From: the human T2T-CHM13v2.0 reference genome, Homo sapiens
NCBI RefSeq assembly: GCF_009914755.1
Contig: NC_060935.1
DNA: 64,000 nt
Reading direction: 5' to 3' (one strand)
The notes beneath the pieces were generated by a model. That model was not told the DNA's origin. It did no database searches and saw nothing but the letters and a program-made list of their open reading frames with translations. This document shows, piece after piece, positions 56,230 to 64,000 of the stretch (positions within the stretch are counted from its first letter, which is position 1; every line of letters starts with the position of its first letter). Position numbers and translations under genes: made by a program.

Positions 56230-57200
56230 GGAGACTTTCTACCCTTCAGAAGCTAATACTCTCTCTACCCTTACCCTTATTTTTTGATTTCTCTTATAAC
56301 TTGTTCTTTCATCTGTCCTCCCAAACCCCACCTCCATCCCCTTATGACACCCTACTTCAGTCCTTTCAGTCTTCCCAGAAACTCATCAGGTCTCTCCATG
56401 ATAAACTTTCTCTTGACCTTTTCATGGTTGCTGTTCCTTGCCCTCATTTCACAGCCCAACTCCCCATTTCCCATACTTCTATTCAGCATAGGAAACACAA
56501 CTCTCACAGGTCAGCAGTAGGTTCCTAGTGGCTAGAACAATGTGTTTTTCTTTGTTCTCGTTCTTTGACATTTCTCTGTACCCTGGTCCTGTTATCTTCC
56601 TCTTCCCCACTGAATATCTCCCGATTTTGGTTTTCTGTGGTTTTGTCATACTGTAATCATTTTATCTATTTCTCCTTCACTTGCTTTTCTTCTCCCTGTC
56701 ATCCCTTACGTAGATGTTTCTCAAGTTCTATTCTCTGTCTTTTCCGTTAATTTCTTTATTTTTTCTGCCTGGATAAATATCTAAATTTTAATAGTTTTAA
56801 ATATCTACTTTAAAAAAAAACGTGATTCTAAATGTATGTCTTCTAAATTATTTCATTCTCCTGTATTTTAGCTTCCTGAACTAAAAATCTGGGAGCTATA
56901 TGTAAAAATTTTCATTTTCTCATTTTTCTCACTTATACCAATAAGCATTCCAGCAAGATCCTAACAAAGAAATACTTCTACTTGAGTCATTTCCTTCATC
57001 CTTAGTGCCCAGCCATAATTTGAAGCTTCATAATCACTTCTCTGGTTATTTGGTAAGTCCTGCTGACCATTCCCACCTCTAGTCTCTCTTTTTTGCATCT
57101 ATTTCTGTAATTTGCTGGAGCCTTCTTTCTAAATATGTGCCTAAACATGTCTTTCCTTGGTCTGTAGTGATTTTTGTTATGTCTCTTCAAAATGTGCTCC
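56230..57200 (+). mobile_element. L2 fragment
   Basis: Pyrimidine-rich, degenerate sense L2 motifs. Confidence 0.5.
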
Positions 57201-57507
57201 ATCCAACATAATATCTATTTCTCTTTCGATTTATTATTGCCATGTGATAAGCCAATGCGTACTTACTTTGTCATTTCTTATATGAGAAAAATGAAACTTG
57301 AAAGACATGAGTCTGTAGTTGCTCTAATATCTGAAGATAGACCTGCAAATATGATTATAGTCCTGATTTTAATTTTTTGCTTATCATGCTGCTATACTAA
57401 TTCAAACTAAGACAGCTTCTAAATAAATAAATAAACAAATAAACAAATGCCATTGGCATCTGTCATGAGAAATGAGTGCCTGTTGAGTAAAGGCAGTGAT
57501 AATTAAA

Positions 57508-57997
<490 letters not shown>

Positions 57998-58202
57998 GTT
58001 TTCCTTGCTATTTGAAGTGTACATATTTGAAAGTGGTCCATAGGATGTTATAAACACATATGTTTTTTAAAATCAAATTACTTAAAGCATAAGAGAAGTG
58101 TTTAATTCTTTACCTATGCAAATGTATGAATTTCTCTTAGGAGGAAGTATATTATTCAGAATTGGCAAACTAACGTATTGCAGAACAGTATCTTTGTTTC
58201 CC

Positions 58203-59640
58203 TCCCAGCTTTTTTGTAGTATGATTGACAAATAAAAATTACATGCACTCACAGTGTACAAACTGATGTTTTGAGATGCATATACATTGTGAAATAATTA
58301 CCACAATACAGATAATTAACATATTCATTATCTCACATAGTTACCGTTTGTGTGTATGTGGTGAGAACACCTAGATCTACTCTCGACAAATTTCAAATAT
58401 ACAACACATTATTATTAGCAGTAGTAATCATGATGTACATTAGGCCTATGAAATTTATTTATCTTTAAATGAAACTTTGTGTCCTTTAACTAATATGCCC
58501 CCTTTTTCCTCACCCCCCCAGTCACTAATAATTACCAATCTACTCTCCGTTACTATGAGTTTGACTTCTTTATAAATTCCACATATAAGTGAGAGCATGC
58601 AATGCTTTTCTTTCTGTCTGGCTTATTTTACTTAACATGGTGTCCTCCAGTTTCCTCCATGTTGCCAGAAAAAATAGAATTTCCTTTTTTCAAGCTGAAT
58701 AATATTCAATTGAATAATATATACCATACTTTATCCATTCAGTTATAGACGGGCTTTTGTCAATAATGCTGCTATGAACATTATAGTACAAATATCTCTT
58801 TGATACAGTTATTTTAGTCCCATGGCTATAAACTCATAATTGGGATTGCTAAACCATATGGTAGTTCTATTTTTAGTTTTTTGAGGAAACCCCATACTGT
58901 TTTCCATAATGGCTCTAAACAATTTACATTCTCACCAATAGTGTTAAAGGATTCCCCTTTCTCCACATTCACCAACACTTGTCTTTCATTTTTAAAAATA
59001 ATAGCCATCATAACAGGTGTGAAGTAATAGCTCATTGCTGTTTTGATATGCATTTTCTTGATGATTAGTGATGTTGAACATTTTCATATATACCTGTTGG
59101 TCATTTATATGTCTTCTTTGAAAAATCTTATCAGGTCCTTTGCCTATTTTAAAATTGTGTTTATTATTATTCTTGATGTTGAGTTGCATGTGCTCGTAAT
59201 ATTTTGAATATTGGCTTTTTATCAGATATATGATTTGCATTTTTTTCTCCCATTCTTTTGGTTGCCTTTCTGTTTTGTTGATTGTTTCCTTGGCTGTGCA
59301 AAGACTTTTAGTTTGCTGTAATTCCACTTATTCATTTTGGTGTTTGTCCCCTGTACATTTGGTGTAAAATTCAAAAAAGCATTGCCAAGACTCATGTTAA
59401 GGAGCTTTTCCTTATGTTTTCTTTTAGAAACTTTATTGTTTCAGTTCTTACTTTTAAGTCTTTAATTTATTATGAGTTGATTTTGTGTAAGATGTATTAT
59501 AAGGGTCCAGTTTCATTCTTTTTCATTTCACGGTATAATTTATTGAAGAGACTATTCTTTCCTTATTGTTTATTCTTAGTGCCTTTTTCAAAAATTAGTT
59601 GACTATATATATGTGGGTTTATTTCTGGGTACTGGTTTGT
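58203..59640 (-). mobile_element. L1MA8/9-like 3' end
   Basis: ORF2 C-terminal peptides (ORFs at 58826-59327) and L1MA-type 3' UTR. Confidence 0.8.
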
Positions 59641-59699
59641 TTTTCACAGAATTCCTTGGGACTAAAATGTTCCCCAGAACACTTTGGTAAATATTGATG

Positions 59700-59925
59700 T
59701 AACAATTTTTCTCATAGGAGCACTGTTGGCATTTTGAATGGGATCGTTATGATGCTAGTTATTGCTAAGGACCTGCCCTACATGTTTCAGGAAGGTTAGC
59801 ATTTCTGAACCCTGTTTAGTAAAATACAGCAGCACTCCCCAGTGATTTCAGTAATCAAACACACTCCCGTAAATTACCTAGCACTTTCAAGTCAGTGATG
59901 CCATCCAAGGTTGAGAACTATTTTG
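59700..59925. mobile_element. MER20-like hAT element
   Basis: gcactgttggcattttg...ggttgagaacta. Confidence 0.55.
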
Positions 59926-60259
59926 TAGCTGGTCACTAGGCACAAAGAACAGGATGATTAAGTTTGTCAATTGGGAATGTTATTCACTGCAACTCTCTGA
60001 GTCTAGATCTCCCCCATTGTCTTTGGCCTATTACATAAAGCCTTGAACTCTATTGGTATCATAGCTAGATTTGTCAAAGACTCACTCAGAGCATTACCAA
60101 AAGCTACAGAGGCCCAAAATTCTCAGAGAGGTTCTGTCTTGTGAAAATATAAAACCTCATACCTCATGGGGACCATTGTACCAGTGATGTAGATGAGATT
60201 GCCTGGGCCAGAAAGACTTTGTGATCACATCAACTTTAGTTTTTCTTTCTCACATTTGA

Positions 60260-60720
60260 AATGGCCACCAAAGATATTTTTTCTTAAATCACTCATCATA
60301 TTCTGTCATTCCTCTACTGAACATTCCTTTATTGGTTTTCCATTGCTAAAGATTAAGATATAAATTCTTAGTATGACATTTAAAACAACCATATCATAAT
60401 AACAAGTAGCCTTCTTTACATACCTCGGCACACTCACATGCATACACCACCTCTCCATTTCTCCTTCTCTATCAATTCCAGTCACACAACCATTTTCTGA
60501 CTGAATCTCATTATTTGCTAAACAAGACATATAGTTTATATCCCTAGGTTTTTGCTCTTATTACCTAGAATGGTCTTTTTCATTTGACAAACTGATGAAA
60601 ATCCTACTTAATTTTTATAGCTTCTTACAATTGTTACTTCCTCTGCATAAAGTTCTCCAACATTTCTATTTATCAGTCACTTTTCTGTTCATGGCTGCAG
60701 ACACTATTATACAACCTGTC
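60260..60720 (+). mobile_element. L2 fragment
   Basis: Sense L2 3' motifs. Confidence 0.55.
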
Positions 60721-62324
60721 ATAGAAATCCACCTTAAAATCTGAAAAGTGGTGTGTATGGTGGATGAAATCTTTTTCCTTTTCCTACATTCCTATCTGGG
60801 CTCTCAGAGGAGAGCAGTTCTGTAGACTGTGTGTCCTCTGGCATCATGCTAAGAAGGCAGTTTCCATCTTCTAGGAATCTTCTTATTGCCCCTGCTCATA
60901 AGATAAAGAGTAGTTAATATAATTTGTGAAACTCAGACGTAGAGTGAGCAACATTGGAAATATACTTTACCATTCTCCTTGCTCTGACCACCTCATAGAT
61001 GAGTAGGAAGATCAATGGAAAGACTCTTCTCTGTTTTCTGCTTCCATGTGGTATGAACACTTGGGTCAAAGTCCTACAGTCGCTTTCTAAAGGCAGGCCA
61101 AATATCCTCAATTACCCCACCCCTCATCTCCCTCTCTGTCTCTCTTTTTACCTGTCTCTATCCCTTCATCTGTTCTGTGTTTCTCTTTGTCTCCTTTCTC
61201 TTTTCCTATCTTTGGATGGGTTTTCTGTCCGTTTCTCTCATTGTTCTCCTCTCTCCTTTTCCTGTAAGTAACTGGTAAATGTGGAAGATCTGAATTATTT
61301 GTACCTGGCAAATTCAGCTCCTTCCTTAGAGTGAGTGTTCCAGACTATAAACATGGGTGAATATATGAGGATCCTGTTTGATGTCTATCTAAACCTCATT
61401 CTTCAATCCACTTTTACCATGAACACTGTGTGCTTTGGGGTTAGTAGGCATATGCTTTGCTGATTAAAAGGTTTTCACTTTGTTTTCATTTTCTTGTTTC
61501 TAGTTTTCCCATCAAATAGAACCAGTAGGACACCCTGCCTCCTACCTGATCTCCAGCATATTGGTGTGTTGGAGGGAGGTGGTTGCAGAGTATTGGGAAA
61601 AAGGACGGTAGCAGCCATTTTGTGGTTATATTGATTCAGATTCTTCTAAAAATGCAGAATAAATGAGAAAGTTTGAGTCTTTCAGAGGGCAAGTATTACA
61701 AAGGAAACCAGATTCCATTTAAATAAGACTCTTTTTGGATTAGAGCAAAAAAATTAAATATTGATGGGAGAAATACACCGTGGGGAGGAATGCAGCCTCA
61801 GTAAGACTTGGTGTCTAGATGTGACATATTTGCAAATGTTTAAGTTTTGAAAGAATGTAAGTGCATTTCAGATTCTTTACATGCCTTTGTTTTTTTCTAA
61901 TTCCCATTTTTCCAAAATACCATCCAGATGTCTTTGCTATGGTTTTTTTAAAATGATGATCTAAACTCTTTTAAGTCCTAGTTTCTGAAACAAAATCCTG
62001 CTTAGCATAATTTTTTAAAGTACTATAATTATTTTTGCATTTTTACAGAGAAAAAGCATGTGTAGTTGAAGAGATAATTTGTGATATCCATCTAAAGATG
62101 CTGAAGGAGTCAGAATTGTGCAGAGAAACTCAGATACTATTTGAGAGAAATTCTTTGGGTGGAGACTGAGCATACTAAGATATTAAATAGTTAAAAACTT
62201 CTGATTTGAATGTCTTTTGACTATAAAGAGTCAGTAATTTAATTTTTTCAGACTTAAATTTTCTTATTGAGAGGTTTGATTTTTTTCCCTAATGTAGTTT
62301 TTATATTGCAAAAGTTATATTATT

Positions 62325-62471
62325 TTAAATACTATTTTTTTTATGGATTTGGTTCGGGGGGTGGTCTCACTTTTTTGCCCAGGCTAGTCTCTAACTCCTG
62401 GCTTCAAGCAATCCTCCCGCTTCAGCCTCTCAGTGTGCTAGAATTATAGGCATGAACCATTGCACCTGGCC
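62325..62471 (-). mobile_element. FLAM (free left Alu monomer)
   Basis: gtctcacttttttgcccaggctagtc...cacctggcc; monomer only. Confidence 0.8.
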
Positions 62472-62752
62472 GTGGAATACTTTCATTCCACCTCATAGTG
62501 TTGGTTGTCCTATATCCTCTGACCAGACACACTGGACTACATGACAAGGAAAATTTAAGACAAAAAATAAAATAATATATAACTAAAATCCCTTTATTGT
62601 CCATTTTAGACTCGTCTTATTATAAACACTGAACCACCCATGCCTCATCCTAAGATAACACAAAGGCTTACTGGTAGTAGAGATTAGGGGACAACATGAT
62701 AAAGGGAACTTCAGAACAATCATGACTTGTTGGTCTTTTCGCCAATGTATGT

Positions 62753-62754
<2 letters not shown>

Positions 62755-62788
<34 letters not shown>
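62755..62788. repeat. (CA)n microsatellite
   Basis: Directly visible. Confidence 0.95.
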
Positions 62789-62790
<2 letters not shown>

Positions 62791-63639
62791 CTGGTTGACC
62801 AGAGGTGTTCTCATTGTCTGTTGGGATAAAAGAACAATATTTGAGGAATGTTGAAGGTAAACTTTTGTCTAATAGTCTCACTTTAGCTTGTCTGAAGAAA
62901 TACTTAAAGAAATTTCTGTAATATCTTGCTATCCCACCTTTCCCCTTACTTTTCCTTTTAGCAATAAGAACAAATAATTGGACTGGTGAGAACTTGTCAA
63001 TAGGCCGTGTTTCTCCTACTGGTGGGTGCGCTGTATTCAGAAAGTCACTGCTCATGTAAGACATAGTCTCTTGTTTGAATTATATTATATTCACTCTCCA
63101 GTGGGTACACATATTATCTTATCTTCTCCAATATACATTGCATCCATGCAGTTAACACACCATCAGAAAAAGATAGATCAATTCCCTGACCTGCCATAAT
63201 GTAACCTGTCATTCCCTCTCAGAATTTCACTTGGCATTCTTGAGCTGTCCATTTTGCAGGCAATTTGGTGCATGAGCAGGTGCCTGGCGAAGTAGATGAA
63301 ACTTGTGATATCAAACCGTGTTCCCCATCAGTATGCTTCAAGGTTTAGATTCAAGGAGAGAGTAAGATGGTCCATTGTAATACCAATTTAAATCCATACT
63401 CTCTAATTCATCATTCCAGAAATCCTAAATTTAGGGATAATTGAACATTTTCTTAGTAAACTTATTCTTTGATCTCTCTTTAGACTGCATTTGTGTTTAT
63501 TGTCTCCATTATTTGGAAACTAGATGAGAAGATGATTGAGGACAGGCTCTTGCTATTCCGTCTGTCTGTAATGATTATGTCCCAGATATTACTCATTCTG
63601 TCCTTTATTCAAATGTCCATTATTCAGAATATCTGTATC

Positions 63640-63880
63640 TGACAATCCCCTCTCAATTTATATGATTATTTCTCTCTGGCTCCTTCTTTTGTTCTAATTT
63701 TTCTCATAGCACTAATCATACTACCTAAAATTATATTTTATATTTATTTGATTATTATGTCTTCCTTTTTAAAATATGAATTTCAGGAATTCAGAATCTT
63801 GTATTTATAGCTGTATCCACAAAGCCTAGACAAAAGCATGACACATAGAAAACACCATATACATATTAACTGAATGACCA
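63640..63880 (+). mobile_element. L2 3' end
   Basis: atagcactaatca...gctgtatccacaaagcctagac...tgaatga. Confidence 0.65.
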
Positions 63881-64000
63881 AAAAAATAACCTTTTGATTA
63901 TGTATCTGTCTGATACATCATCAATACTTAATATTTTGAATTTAAGTGCAAAATGCTAATGCTCTCATTCATTTCAGGGAAATTTATTTAACAAAATTTG

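Noticed and set aside
62720-63064. 114-aa minus-strand ORF
   Set aside because: Runs through a (TG)n repeat and has no recognisable domain; length is compatible with chance.

Overview
Eukaryotic, AT-rich, repeat-dense primate genomic DNA, probably human given a young AluYa-lineage element. I found no convincing host-gene exons. The one protein-coding feature is an intronless minus-strand retrocopy of SLC25A33 (mitochondrial pyrimidine nucleotide carrier PNC1) at about 10652-11911. It has a 23-nt poly(A) tail, 12-bp target-site duplications (TSDs), an uninterrupted 321-codon ORF, a CpG-rich 5' UTR with an in-frame uORF, and a 45-nt 3' UTR. The rest is transposon history: a full-length Tigger1 nested in MLT1B nested in MIR; LTRs (MER57, MLT1, MLT2A2, MLT2D, MST, LTR41-like with ERVL internal sequence); a tailless 5S rRNA retropseudogene; four twin-primed (5'-inverted) L1 insertions; an internally deleted L1PA15/16; six Alus and a FLAM; and many L2/MIR/old L1 fragments. 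Finer signals include a possible gene-conversion tract between two L1PA copies 7.48 kb apart and a fold-back templated-insertion scar. All family assignments and parent-gene comparisons are from recalled consensus sequences, not database searches.
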